Assembly: GCA_963708075.1 (NCBI GenBank) | Contig: OY970194.1 | Span: 1,120,001 to 1,184,000, forward strand | Length of the DNA: 64,000 bases | From: Sedimentisphaerales bacterium | Lineage (GTDB): Bacteria > Planctomycetota > Phycisphaerae > Sedimentisphaerales > Anaerobacaceae | Direction: 5' to 3' | Shown: piece by piece, positions 11,316 through 21,983 of the stretch | Layout: each line of letters starts with the position of its first letter | Position numbering within the stretch: the first letter of the stretch is position 1 | Program-made: the position numbers and the translations under genes | The notes under the pieces: model-generated | Databases searched by the model: none | Seen by the model: the letters and a program-made list of their open reading frames with translations, nothing else | What the model was told of the DNA's origin: nothing

Positions 11316-13967
11316 ATGGAGGGAAACGAAAAAGCCAGGTTCACAATCGCCGCATGTGTCTTCACGCTGGCCCTATGTCCCGCAGGCATCGCCAGGACCA
11401 TCTACGTAGCGAACGACGCCCCGGCAGACTTCACCACGATCCAGGCAGCCATCGACGACGCCAACGACGGCGACACCGTCATCATCCAGCCCGGCACCTA
11501 CACCGGCCCCGGCAACCGAGACATCAGCATCAAGAACAAGGTCATCACTGTACAGAGCGTCGATCCCAACGATCCGAACGTCGTGGCTGCGACGGTTATC
11601 GATTGCGAGGGCACACAGAGTGCTCCTCACCGCGGCTTCTATTTCTCCAACGCCAGAAATGCGCCAAGTCCCACTTTGGCTGGCCTGACCATAATTCACG
11701 GCTATGAAATCAACGGCGGGGGCATCTACTGTATCGAAGATGCCAGCCCGATGATTCGCAATTGCCGCCTCATAGGCAATCATGCCTGGCGCGGCGGTGG
11801 CCTCTATATTGGCTATGGAACGCCCACTGTGCGGAACTGTGCATTCCTCAACAACTCCGCTTCTCATACCAAGTATAGAGGTGAGGGCGGCGGCATTTTC
11901 TGTGCCAGCAGTTGGACTCCCATCACGATTAGTGGTTGCATAATCGCTGGCAACTCTGCATCCGGCGTGGGGACCGACCCTGGCGCTGGTGGTGGCATGT
12001 ACCTGAACATCTACAGCGGAAGTGTTCGACATTGTACGATCATTGGTAACTCGGCGGATACGGGCGGTGGCATTTACTGTGATGCATATGGTGGTATGGC
12101 TGTCGCGGACTGCATCGTACGCTCGAATAGGGCGTCTCAGGGCCCACAGATCAGTGGCTCAACGCTGGTCTGTTACAGTAATGTGGAGGGAGGTTGGTCG
12201 GGCCTCGAAAACATCGACGCCGATCCCCTGTTTGTGGACCCGGCTTCCGGCGACCGTCATCTTTCCACAGGCTCGCCGTGTATTGATGCGGGAGACCCAC
12301 AGTACGTGCCATACGCAGGTCAGACGGACTGCGACAACCAGCCGAGAGTCATGGGACTACGGGCAGATATGGGCGCTGATGAATTTACGTCTACCCCGAC
12401 TGGCATCCTCGATGTCTACCCGAAGCAATTGGTGTTTCACGCCGATGTCAACGGACCGGCCCCCGAGCGTCAGGTTCTGCACGTCCAAGATGCTGGTTTT
12501 GCACCCCTGACATGGGTTGTTGCTGAGGACTCTCCGTGGCTTGTTGTCACCGAGCCGGCAGATGGGATTGGGGGTGTCAGCCTCGGCATAGGCCCTATGG
12601 GATTGAGCCCCGGCCAGTACGATTGCCAAGTGACGGTCACCGCCGACCACGTCCCCAACAGCCCGCAAGTGGTCGCCGTGAGACTCTATGTGCGAGCCGG
12701 CAGGTATCTGCATGTGCCGTCGCCATACCGCACCATTCAGTCTGCCGTCGAATCGGCCCAGAACGGCGATACTGTGATCATTGCAGAGGGCACCTATACT
12801 GGCTTGGGCAATCGCGACATCGATCTTCGGGGCAAGGCGGTAACCGTCCGAAGCACCGACCCCAACAATCCAGCCATCGTAGGCGCAACAGTCATCCACT
12901 GCGGCGGCACGAAGACCGAACCTCATCGGGGATTCATATTCCAGAGCGGAGAAGATGCGAACTCGGTTCTTGCAGGTCTTACGATCACGGGGGGATCTGG
13001 CACGGGCGCCGGCATATACGTGGATGGCAGCAGTCCCACCATTCTCTATTGTAACATTACAGGTAATGGGGGCACATCCTTCTCCGGAGGGGGAATCTAC
13101 GTTCGTCTGGGCAGCCCATACATTGGACAGTGCCTGATAGCGGATAACCAATGTGGCGATGACGCCGGACGTGGCGGTGGCATTTACAGTTCGGGTGACC
13201 CTATTATCGTCGATTGCATCATCAGATCGAACGGAAGGGCGAAAGATGGCGGCGGAATATTCTTCAACGGTGGCAGCCCGGTCGTGAGTGGCTGCGTCAT
13301 TGTCGACAATGACGCGACATTCAGCGGCGGAGCAATCTACTCGCTGTACACAGCAGGGGCTCTGGATCATTGCCTGATTGCTGACAATCGAGCCGGCGGT
13401 ACTGGTGGTGGGACGTGTTTCAGGAACAGCGAGTTGACGGTTCGCAACTGCACGATCGCCGGAAACACGGCTAACAACTCTGCAGGTGGTCTGTATTTCT
13501 CGTTGGGCAAGCTGTCCCTGGTGAACACCATCCTGTGGGCAAATGTCGCCAAGAGTGGCCGTGAGATGGAGATCTATACATGGAGCGGCGCAGTTGATGC
13601 CCGCGGTGGCTTTTACAAGCTAAGCGGCATCGTCGATATCCTGACCTGCGATATTGAGGGTGGGCGGTCAAAGGTGTATGTTCACAGCGATACACGTTGC
13701 CTTCAACTCAACTGGGGGACGAACAACATTGATGCTGATCCTTTGTTCGCAGACCCGGCCAATAGCGACTATCATTTAAAGTCACAGGTGGGGCGGTGGG
13801 AGTCCGGCAGTGGGAGTTGGGTGATCGACGAGGTCACGAGCCCGTGCATCGACGCGGGGGACCCGAACAGCCCTGTGGGGGATGAGCCGGAGCCGAATGG
13901 CGGGCGGATCAATATGGGGGCTTACGGCGGCACGGCCGAGGCGAGTAAATCCTATCCTGGCAAATGA
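11316..13967 (+). CDS. Secreted protein with two right-handed beta-helix domains, a BACON-like linker and conserved C-terminal tail
   Basis: AAGGAGG RBS; signal peptide; many GGGIYC/N-x-A repeats; duplicated TIQ.A...GDTVII..GTYTG.GNRDI cap; tail DYHLKSQ.GRW...SPCIDAGDP...GGRINMGAYGGT.EASKS. Confidence 0.88.
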   Translation: MEGNEKARFTIAACVFTLALCPAGIARTIYVANDAPADFTTIQAAIDDANDGDTVIIQPGTYTGPGNRDISIKNKVITVQSVDPNDPNVVAATVIDCEGTQSAPHRGFYFSNARNAPSPTLAGLTIIHGYEINGGGIYCIEDASPMIRNCRLIGNHAWRGGGLYIGYGTPTVRNCAFLNNSASHTKYRGEGGGIFCASSWTPITISGCIIAGNSASGVGTDPGAGGGMYLNIYSGSVRHCTIIGNSADTGGGIYCDAYGGMAVADCIVRSNRASQGPQISGSTLVCYSNVEGGWSGLENIDADPLFVDPASGDRHLSTGSPCIDAGDPQYVPYAGQTDCDNQPRVMGLRADMGADEFTSTPTGILDVYPKQLVFHADVNGPAPERQVLHVQDAGFAPLTWVVAEDSPWLVVTEPADGIGGVSLGIGPMGLSPGQYDCQVTVTADHVPNSPQVVAVRLYVRAGRYLHVPSPYRTIQSAVESAQNGDTVIIAEGTYTGLGNRDIDLRGKAVTVRSTDPNNPAIVGATVIHCGGTKTEPHRGFIFQSGEDANSVLAGLTITGGSGTGAGIYVDGSSPTILYCNITGNGGTSFSGGGIYVRLGSPYIGQCLIADNQCGDDAGRGGGIYSSGDPIIVDCIIRSNGRAKDGGGIFFNGGSPVVSGCVIVDNDATFSGGAIYSLYTAGALDHCLIADNRAGGTGGGTCFRNSELTVRNCTIAGNTANNSAGGLYFSLGKLSLVNTILWANVAKSGREMEIYTWSGAVDARGGFYKLSGIVDILTCDIEGGRSKVYVHSDTRCLQLNWGTNNIDADPLFADPANSDYHLKSQVGRWESGSGSWVIDEVTSPCIDAGDPNSPVGDEPEPNGGRINMGAYGGTAEASKSYPGK

Positions 13968-13976
13968 CTTGGCTGG

Positions 13977-14150
13977 TCAAAGGCGGGAGGCGTAAGAGTG
14001 AACCAAGGGCCGAAAGCGATAGGCGTCGGGGTTGGCGGGATCGAGGGTCTGGGCGGCAAGGGTGATGTAGCCGAGGCGGTGGGCTAAGCAGGCGATGGTG
14101 TAGAAGGGCAGGCGGTCGCGGATGGTTTTGTCGACGGCTTTAGGATACAT
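13977..14150 (-). other. 57-codon ORF, possibly the 3' remnant of a lost gene
   Basis: Reads MYPKAVDKTIRDRLPFYTIACLAHRLGYITLAAQTL... with strong C-ending codon bias; no clear RBS. Confidence 0.3.
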
Positions 14151-14373
14151 GCACCCATGGCCGAAGGTAGTCTATATGATGCCTGCGAACCTCCGGGGCG
14201 TTCTCCAGGTCCTCAATGTCAGTGTACCTGCCGTGCTCCTTGCGGTAGGTAGTGATCGCGTTGGCCGTGTCCTCGTCGATGCCGGGGATCATGAGCAACT
14301 GTTCCCTGGTCATCTCGTTGAGATTGTATTGGTGCCCAGCCATAATCGACTCCAAGTTCACACAATCTGACAC
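14140..14373 (-). CDS. Helix-hairpin-helix (ComEA-like) DNA-binding protein
   Basis: NLNEMTREQLLMIPGIDEDTANAITTYRKEHGRYTDIEDL. Confidence 0.8.
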   Translation of the reverse strand: MSDCVNLESIMAGHQYNLNEMTREQLLMIPGIDEDTANAITTYRKEHGRYTDIEDLENAPEVRRHHIDYLRPWVHVS

Positions 14374-14620
14374 TGTACGAGCCTTCTCGTGCGGCGGCTA
14401 TAGGGTGAACCCTGCATTTCTTATGGAGGAGTACTGACGGGCTGCTGTGCTGTCCGGCCCGGAGGCCGGCGATGGGTCCAGCACACGGCTCGCCGCATCT
14501 CTTGGCCAAAGGATGTGAAAATCGGCGAATTCCGGTGCAAAAAGGTTGACGAGAGTAAGTTGATACTGTATTGATTGTATCCGAACGGAGACGCCCATCC
14601 GTCAGTGAAAGGAGACCGCT

Positions 14621-14803
14621 ATGAAGGCAAGAGTCGAGGATACCTGCACCGCATGTGGACTGTGCTGTGACACCTGCCCCGATGTCTTCGAGATGGGCGA
14701 TGACATAGCCACGGTCATCACCGCCCAGGTGCCGGACGAGTACCGGGAACTTGCCCTGCAGGCCGCCGATGAATGTCCCGTCGGAGCGATCGTCGTCGCG
14801 TAA
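14621..14803 (+). CDS. Ferredoxin (single cluster)
   Basis: CTACGLC...CPDVF...CPVGAI; AAGGAG RBS. Confidence 0.92.
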   Translation: MKARVEDTCTACGLCCDTCPDVFEMGDDIATVITAQVPDEYRELALQAADECPVGAIVVA

Positions 14804-14804
14804 C

Positions 14805-15614
14805 TCAACGCGACAGTTCTCTGCTCCTGTCGCGGGCGGCGGTCAACGCCCGGCCGACAAGCTGCTCAAAGCCGGCCTCGGCAAAGATCCGCAGGGCCGC
14901 CTCGGTCGTTCCGCCGGGAGACGTCACCTTGCGGCGGAGCATGGAGGGATCTTCGTTGTTCTTGTCCGCCTCCACCGCGAGCAGACTGGCCCCCTTGGCG
15001 GTCTGCAACACGAGGTCCCTGGCGACATCGGCGGGCAATCCTAATGTGGCGCCCGCCTGCATCATGGCCTCCATCAGCAGGAAGAAATAGGCGGGACCGC
15101 TGCCGCTGACGGCCGTGACTGCGTCGATCAAGCCTTCCTCATCCACCACCACCGCTTTGCCCACGGCGGAGAAGATCGAGAGGGCTTGTCCGAGCCGGGG
15201 CCGGGCCCTGTCGTTGGCGAACAGGGCACTGACGCCCTCGCTGATCAGTGCCGGCGTGTTGGGCATGACACGGATGATCGCCACGTCGCCGAGCGCCGCC
15301 GCGATTTTGGCAACTTTCACCCCCGCCGCGATGGAGACCACGAGCTTGCCGCCAACGCCCGTGCCTTTAATGCTGTCGAGAGCACCGGCCATCGTCTGCG
15401 GCTTGACACTCAGGACGATTGTCTCGCTGCGCTGGACGACGCGTGCGTTGGCGTCCATTGCCACGACGCCGTACTTCTTCGCCAGCTCTTCGAGACGCTC
15501 CTTTCGAATGTCACTGATGAAGACATCGCCCGGCGCGTACACTTTGGCCGTGAGAATTCCCTTGATGAGGGCTTCGGCCATGTTGCCGCTGCCGATGAAA
15601 CCGATTGTGCCCAC
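14805..15614 (-). CDS. proC: Pyrroline-5-carboxylate reductase
   Basis: GFIGSGNMAEA, RVMPNTP, SGSGPAY, VTSPGGTT; GTG start after AAGGAG. Confidence 0.96.
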   Translation of the reverse strand: MGTIGFIGSGNMAEALIKGILTAKVYAPGDVFISDIRKERLEELAKKYGVVAMDANARVVQRSETIVLSVKPQTMAGALDSIKGTGVGGKLVVSIAAGVKVAKIAAALGDVAIIRVMPNTPALISEGVSALFANDRARPRLGQALSIFSAVGKAVVVDEEGLIDAVTAVSGSGPAYFFLLMEAMMQAGATLGLPADVARDLVLQTAKGASLLAVEADKNNEDPSMLRRKVTSPGGTTEAALRIFAEAGFEQLVGRALTAARDRSRELSR

Positions 15615-15718
15615 GTCGCTCTCCTTGTCTGCCCGGTTGCACTCCTGGCCGCAGACTCTACAATAGCTGCTTGTCGCTGTGCCGCGTACAACTATAGGCC
15701 TGGTCCGGGAGAAAGACA

Positions 15719-16231
15719 ATGCAAAAGCAGGTGGAGTTCGCCGAGGCGGTCAAGACGAAGTACCCCGAGCAGACGGTCATTGCCGTCGCCAGGGACAGTG
15801 CGGGTAAGGCCAATCCGATCACGCTGGGCTGGACGATGTTTGCGTCGGGCAGCCCGCCGATGATGGCCATCGCGGTGGCCGCGGGACACTACTCCGTCCA
15901 GGCCATCGAGCACTCCAGGTGCTTCACGATCGCGTACCCGTCGGCCGAGATGACGCAGGATGCCCTGTTTTTCGGCTCCCGGTCCGGCCGGAACATCGAC
16001 AAGTTCGCCCAGTCCAACTGCAGGACGGAGCCGGCAAAGCAGATCGATTCGGTCCTGCTCGCGGACGCCGTGGCGAACTTCGAGTGTGCCCTGGAATCGC
16101 AGATGCCGGCGGGCGACCACATCATCTATGTGGGCAAAGTCGTCGCCGCCCACGTCAACACGGAGCCGGCGAATCGTCTCTATACAATCGCCCCCGGCCA
16201 CAAGCTCGGTGCGGTGACTCCCTGCGACTAG
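15719..16231 (+). CDS. Flavin reductase family protein
   Basis: NPITLGW, FGSRSGRNIDKF, ANFEC, GDHIIYVGKV. Confidence 0.88.
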   Translation: MQKQVEFAEAVKTKYPEQTVIAVARDSAGKANPITLGWTMFASGSPPMMAIAVAAGHYSVQAIEHSRCFTIAYPSAEMTQDALFFGSRSGRNIDKFAQSNCRTEPAKQIDSVLLADAVANFECALESQMPAGDHIIYVGKVVAAHVNTEPANRLYTIAPGHKLGAVTPCD

Positions 16232-16236
16232 CCTTG

Positions 16237-16323
16237 GCCGGGTGCCATGTCTACACTCGCGTGGACATGCGTTGCCCATCACGGGAGAAACATGCTTATG
16301 CAAGCGTAAGCATGGCACCCGGC
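16237..16323. repeat. REP/REPIN-like element, family B (GGGTGCCATG....CATGGCACCC)
   Basis: Two nested hairpins; near-identical copy at 59084-59165, half copies at 28757 and 54499. Confidence 0.85.
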
Positions 16324-16360
16324 ACCCAGGTTCCATGTGTCCCGATATGGAAGGAAATGC

Positions 16361-17407
16361 ATGATTGACAACTATCTGGAGGACCTCGAACGCAGAATCG
16401 AGCCGCAGGTCGAGGACTCGCTTTTCGAGCAGTGGAAAGTCTTTGCCGGCGGTGGATTCAACGAGCCGATCTTCTCGCCGCGCAGACCCGCGCCGATACC
16501 GCCGTTGGTCGAATGGCCCCACGTGCTTGTCAATGATGCGCTCGCGGATTTTGAAGTAATGGCGATGCAGCAGTTGGAAGGGTGCTCGAAGGTGTTGGCG
16601 GAGGGCGGCGGCGCCTTGCTCGCGGCGCGGTGCAACTACGGCACGGCGATTCTGCCTTCGCTGTTCGGGGGCGAGCTGTTTCTCATGGACAGAGAGATCG
16701 ACACGCTGCCCGCCTGCCGGCCGCTGCCGGGAGGTAGTGACGCGATCAAGCGGCTCCTGGATTGGGGCGTGCCTGATTTGAACGCGGGGCAGGGTGCTGC
16801 CGTGTTCGGGATGGGACAATACTACAAGGAGCTTCTTAAGGGCTACCCCATGCTTTCGGAGCACGTCCATATCTATCATCCGGACCTGCAAGGACCGATG
16901 AACGTCTGCGAGATGCTCTGGGGCGGCTCGCTTTACGTGGACCTGTACGATAAGCCGGACCTGGTCAAGGACTTCCTCTCGCTCATCACAGAAACGTACA
17001 TGTGTTTCATGCGGCGATGGAACGAGCTTTTCCCGGCGCTTGACGGTTTCGCCGTGCACTGGTCGATGCTGCACCGGGGCTGCACCATGATCCGCAACGA
17101 TGCAGCGACGAACCTATCGCCCGCAATGTATGAGGAGTTCGTCCGGCCCTGTGACGAGCGGCTGCTGCATGAATTCGGGGGCGGAGGCATCCACTTTTGC
17201 GGGCGGGGCGATCACTTCATTGCGAAGGTCGCCGAGATACCCGGAGTCTGCGCCGTCAATATCACCCAACCCCACCTGAACGATGCGGAGACAATCTTCC
17301 AGAACACTATCGACCGAGGCATTCAGCTCATCGGCTTCGAGCGACAGGCCGCCGAGCAAGCCCTGCGTCAGGGCAGAAACCTCCGCGGTAACGTTCACTG
17401 CTGGTGA
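16361..17407 (+). CDS. URO-D/MtaA-CmuA-like TIM-barrel protein
   Basis: DLQGPMN, D...LSPAMYEEFVRP, IHFCG motifs typical of the uroporphyrinogen decarboxylase superfamily. Confidence 0.65.
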   Translation: MIDNYLEDLERRIEPQVEDSLFEQWKVFAGGGFNEPIFSPRRPAPIPPLVEWPHVLVNDALADFEVMAMQQLEGCSKVLAEGGGALLAARCNYGTAILPSLFGGELFLMDREIDTLPACRPLPGGSDAIKRLLDWGVPDLNAGQGAAVFGMGQYYKELLKGYPMLSEHVHIYHPDLQGPMNVCEMLWGGSLYVDLYDKPDLVKDFLSLITETYMCFMRRWNELFPALDGFAVHWSMLHRGCTMIRNDAATNLSPAMYEEFVRPCDERLLHEFGGGGIHFCGRGDHFIAKVAEIPGVCAVNITQPHLNDAETIFQNTIDRGIQLIGFERQAAEQALRQGRNLRGNVHCW

Positions 17408-17408
17408 C

Positions 17409-18026
17409 TTACCGGGTGTACAACTCGATGACCTTGGTCATATCGATCTCGAACGGCAGGCGGACTTCGCCGGGTTCGGGCAGACGCAGGACCTTGGCTG
17501 TCAGGTGCTCGTTATCGACCAAGAGCCACTCCGGCACAGTCGATTCCACGTTCTCGACGGTTGCCACAATCTCGCGAATGGATTCATCGTCGCCCGGCTT
17601 GATCGTGATCTGGTCGCCGGGCTTGACCTGATAGGACGGGATATCCACCTTATGGCCATTGATATAGAAATGGCCGTGGGAAACCATTTGGTGCGCCTGC
17701 CAGATGGTCCTGGCCCAGTGGAGCCGTCGAATCACGTTATCGAGCCGGCTTTCGAGGATCTGCTGCAGCGCCTCGGTAGACGACCCGCGGGTCGTCTGTG
17801 CCTGCTTGATATGGCGGGTGAACTGCCGGTCGCGGACGTCATAATAGGCGCTGAGCTTACGCTTTTCCTGGAGCTGCTCACCATAAAGGCTACGCCGTGC
17901 TCCCCGTTTCTTGCCATGCACGCCGGGCTTCTGGGGGCGCCGCACATTCGTATGCTTAGGCGTCTCGGCGATCGGAGCACCGACCCGCCGGGTCAATCTT
18001 ACTTTCGGGCCGTGGTACGTTCCCAT
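17409..18026 (-). CDS. rpsD: 30S ribosomal protein S4
   Basis: Y.GPK.RL.RR.G, YGEQLQEKRK, LESRLDNV, QMVSHGH...NGHKVDIPSYQV, VIELY. Confidence 0.96.
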   Translation of the reverse strand: MGTYHGPKVRLTRRVGAPIAETPKHTNVRRPQKPGVHGKKRGARRSLYGEQLQEKRKLSAYYDVRDRQFTRHIKQAQTTRGSSTEALQQILESRLDNVIRRLHWARTIWQAHQMVSHGHFYINGHKVDIPSYQVKPGDQITIKPGDDESIREIVATVENVESTVPEWLLVDNEHLTAKVLRLPEPGEVRLPFEIDMTKVIELYTR

Positions 18027-18084
18027 CTCATTTCCCTCGACCTTCTATCCGCGTACTGTAAATTCCCTCTTATTACTACGCAGA

Positions 18085-18952
18085 TCACGAGGGATTGTTG
18101 CGGCGAAACGACGCAACGACAGACTGCACGATAGGCTTCAACCCATCCAGGTATTTCCGGGCGGGTGGACGGGAGTCACCATTTTCCGGCGGCTGTTTGA
18201 TGGTTCCGAGCAGTCTCAGCAGCCCGTCCAGAATGGTGATCGGATGAGGGGGGCAGCCGGGAACGTAGAGATCGACAGGGATGATTGCATCGGCTCCCTG
18301 GCTCGTCTCCGGATCGCCGGCGAACATGCCGCCCGAGATAGCGCAAGCCCCGACGGCAATCACGAGCTTGGGGGCAGGGGTGGCCTCATAGGTCTTCGCG
18401 GAGGGCCAGTTCCATATTCTTCGGGACCGGCCCGGTGATCAGCAGGCCATCCGCGTGCCGGGGGGAAGCGACGAACTGGATTCCGAATCGACCCAGATCG
18501 AACACGACGGTGCTGAGCACATTGGTATCCGCCTCGCAGGCATTGCAGCCGCCGGCGCTGACCTGGCGGAGCTTGAGCGAGCGGCCGAAGAGCCTGCGGG
18601 ACTGATCGTTCAAAGCCTCTGCGAGCACGGCCGGGCGGGTATCCACGATCAACGCCTCGCGGGTGCGTGCGGCAAGACTGTATTGCCCGGTGAACTGGAT
18701 CGCCTTGGTCGGGCAGGCATCTGCGCAGTCGGTGCAGAACAGGCATCGCCCCATATCGATGGAGAGAACATCGCTCTTTCTGCTCAGCGCGCTCGTCGGG
18801 CACACCTGGATGCAGGCTTGGCAATCTTTCCGGCATTGGGTGGCATCCCACTGCGGCCGGCCTGCGTATCGCTCCGGCAGCGCCGGCGGCTTGTCCGGAA
18901 AGCCAATCGTGCGGAAACCCTGTTTCAGCCTTGCCTGTAACGCTCTCAGCAT
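18085..18952 (-). CDS. Ehr/Hyf small subunit (2x[4Fe-4S] + NuoB/HycG-like domain), frameshifted near 18394
   Basis: CQACIQVCP, CLFCTDC, GGCNACE, SPRHADG; continuation IAVGACAISGG, VPGCPPHP in ORF 18085..18363. Confidence 0.88.
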
Positions 18953-19003
18953 AATGCGTATCCCATAAAGTTTGAAATTCGAATCTCGAATTTCAAAATC
19001 GGC

Positions 19004-20519
19004 TCACAGATCGTGTCCGCAGTAGGACAGGTTGAAACTTTTGTTGCACAGTGGGAAATCGGAAATCTGCTGGCCGCGCAGGGCCATCGCCAGTCCGAAC
19101 CAGTTGTGGAACGACGGATCGGTGATCTTGTAACGTCGCAATCGGCGCCGGTCGTCCGTGATGGCTACATGGCAGATCTCCCCTCGCCAGCCCTCGACCA
19201 GCGCCACCGCCAGATGCTCCGGCGCCGATGGAGGCACCTCCTGCTGAACTGGGCCGGACGGCAGGGCGTGAATCGCGTCGGTGATGAACTCGACGGACTT
19301 TTGAATCTCGAACCATCGCACGTATGCACGGGCGGCAACGTCACCTGTCGGGAAGCTGATCGACGGTAGAAGCTGCGACTGGTAGGTACCCCACGGCAGG
19401 TCGCTGCGGACATCCTGATCGACGCCGCTGGCGCGTGCCACCGGCCCGACGAGTCCAAGCCGCACGGCGTCCTGCCGCGAGACTACCCCCGTTCCGTCGA
19501 AGCGGGACATGACCGAGGGCGTCTCCCACAGCAGATTGGTGGCATTTTGCACGGCCTCGAGTGTTCTATGCAGACGAGTCACAACGTCGTCCATCACTTG
19601 CGGAGTCGGATCGAATCGCACGCCGCCGGGACGGATCAGGCCGCGGCCGAAGCGGTTGCCGCACAGCAGGGCGGTCATATTCAGGAAGTCGCCCCGCAGC
19701 CGGCCACAATAGGAAGCAGTGGGCAGATACCCCACGTCGCCGGCCAGTGCACCCAGGTCGCCGGTGTGGTTGGCCAGACGCTCCAGCTCCAGGGCGATCG
19801 CACGAAGTGCGTGAGCCCGCGGGGAGACCGTCGCGTCGCCGAGCGCCTCCATGATCGAGGCATACGCCGTGGCATGCCCGACCGTAGTGTCCCCGGCGGC
19901 TGTCTCCATGTAGTGTGCCGTGCGCGGGTTTGGGCCGCTGACGAGGGCCCGCTCGATGCCCCGGTGCTGATAGCCGAGCTCGATTTCCAGGTGCAGGACG
20001 TTCTCGCCGTGACATTGGAAACGGAAGTGGCCCGGCTCGATGATCCCGGCGTGCACCGGGCCGACGGCGACCTCGTGGATTTCCTCGCCTTCCACGCGGT
20101 AGTAGTCGGTCACGCAGGGTTCGATCGGTGTTCCTTTCGCGCGGCCCCACGCATCGCGGTCGCCGTTGTAGGATGCATGGAACCGGATCGGCTTGAGCCA
20201 CGGATGTCCCTGCGGCACGATCCCCCATTGCTCGGCGATCTCCCGCTCGAACCAATGAGCCTGGGGGACATCGGGCGTCGAGGGCCGGATAGCTGTCGCG
20301 GACCCGCGTCCGGCACAACTCCAGCATGCCTTGTGCATCGTTCGTCAGCACAAGGATCAGCATGATCCCGTCGCCGTCCGGCATGCCGAACAGGGAGGAG
20401 ATTCGTCTGCCCTTGCGAACGCGTTCGATCACGGCGGCACGGAACTCCGGCATCGCCAGCTCCGGAATCTCCTTGAGGGCAATCGCCTGACCGTTGTGCA
20501 GTTGAGGCAGCGGGATCAT
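19004..20519 (-). CDS. Ehr/Hyf large subunit (NuoC+NuoD-like), frameshifted near 20281
   Basis: HWFEREIAE, VGPVHAGIIEPGHFRF, GYQHRGIE, EGWRGE, DPSFHNW, NKSFNLSY.GHDL. Confidence 0.88.
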
Positions 20520-21983
20520 TTCGTCACTCCTGTGAGCAGTTGTGCCGCGTCATGGAGCTTATCGACCAGCGGGCCGGGCAGATACACGCCCAGGACAATC
20601 GCCAGCACGGCGAAGACCACGGGTGAGGCAATCGCGGTGAGCGGCTCACGAGACGCGATCCACTTCGGACCGCCCCAGGGCCATCCGCAGAACGATTCCG
20701 GACATGCCGACAAACGCCAGCAGCAGGAATGCGAGGTAGAGCCCGGCGATGACCCAGCGGCCCTGATCGAGAATCGCCCGGAGGATCGTGAACTCGCTGA
20801 CGAACGTCCCGAACGGGGGCGATCCCGTCACAGCCAGGAACCCCGCGATCCACAGAGCGCCGGAGATCGGCAGGGCATGGCACGCGCCCTGGATCTTCAT
20901 CGTGGATTTCGTGTTGAACCGGGCCAGGATGTTGCCCGCCGTGAAGAAGAGCATGGCCTTGACGATGGAATGGTTGACCGTGTGCAGGAACGAGCCGAAC
21001 AATCCCAGGCCGCCCAGACCGACCCCGAGGGCGAGGATGCCCATGTGCTCCACACTCGAGTACGCGAGCATGCGTTTGTAGTCGGCCTGGTGCAGGATAA
21101 AGACGCCGGCCAGGCCCATGGACAGAAGGCCGAAAAGGATCAGCAGGTCGCCGCCAAATGATGCCATGCCGGCTGCTGCACAGATTTGCTGTACGCGCAG
21201 GATGCCGAGAAAGGCACAGTTCAGCAGCGCGCCGGAGAGCAATGCGGAAACCGGCGACGGCGCTTCGCTGTGTGCGTCCGGCAGCCACGTGTGCAGCGGC
21301 GCCAGGCCCATCTTGGTCCCGTACCCGACCAGCATGAAGATGAATGCGGTGCTCAGCCATTTATGGTTCAGCGTGCCCGCGTGCTCCAGCAAGGCGGCAA
21401 GCGTCAGATCGTGTGGGCCGTCCTGGACCGTCATGCGGATGAAGAATATGCCCAGCAGGGCCAGCGCGATGCCGACGGAGCACAGGATCAGGTACTTCCA
21501 GGCGGCCTCCAGCGACCGGCGGTTCTGGTGGTAGTAGATCAGCGGGGCACTGGCGAGCGTCGTGGCTTCAATCGCCACCCACTGAAGGGCCAGATGCCGG
21601 CTCAGAATCGCCAGGCTCATCGTGGCCAGCAGCAGGAGCGATCCGCCTGTAAACACCGATTCCGGCTCGTTCTTGAAGAGGCTGCCGTCCTCGAAATCCC
21701 GCCGGAGTGTCACGGGCTCTCTGGACACGTACCCAATTCCGTAAATCGTGGCCCCGAGGAAAAGCAGGCTCGTCAGGACGAGGAAGATGGCGCTGAGGGA
21801 GTCCATACCAATCCAATGATCGAGCGGAGTCCCGCCCGCCGGCAGCGCCGCTGCGATGGACATCGCCAGATGGGAGCCGGCCACGGCCACCCACAGGAAC
21901 CGCCTCAGACCGTTCCACCGGATAAAGTACGATGCCGTCCCGGCCGCCGCGGGGAGCAGGATAATCCACCACAGGAGCGTCAT
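20516..21983 (-). CDS. hyfF: HyfF-like proton-translocating membrane subunit, frameshifted near 20670
   Basis: LEAAWKY, GYGTKMGLAPLHTWLPDAHSEAP, KRMLAYSSVEHMG; last TM helix in ORF 20516..20713. Confidence 0.85.

Noticed and set aside
11316..13967. Diversity-generating retroelement target
   Set aside because: No reverse transcriptase and no template/variable repeat pair differing only at adenines
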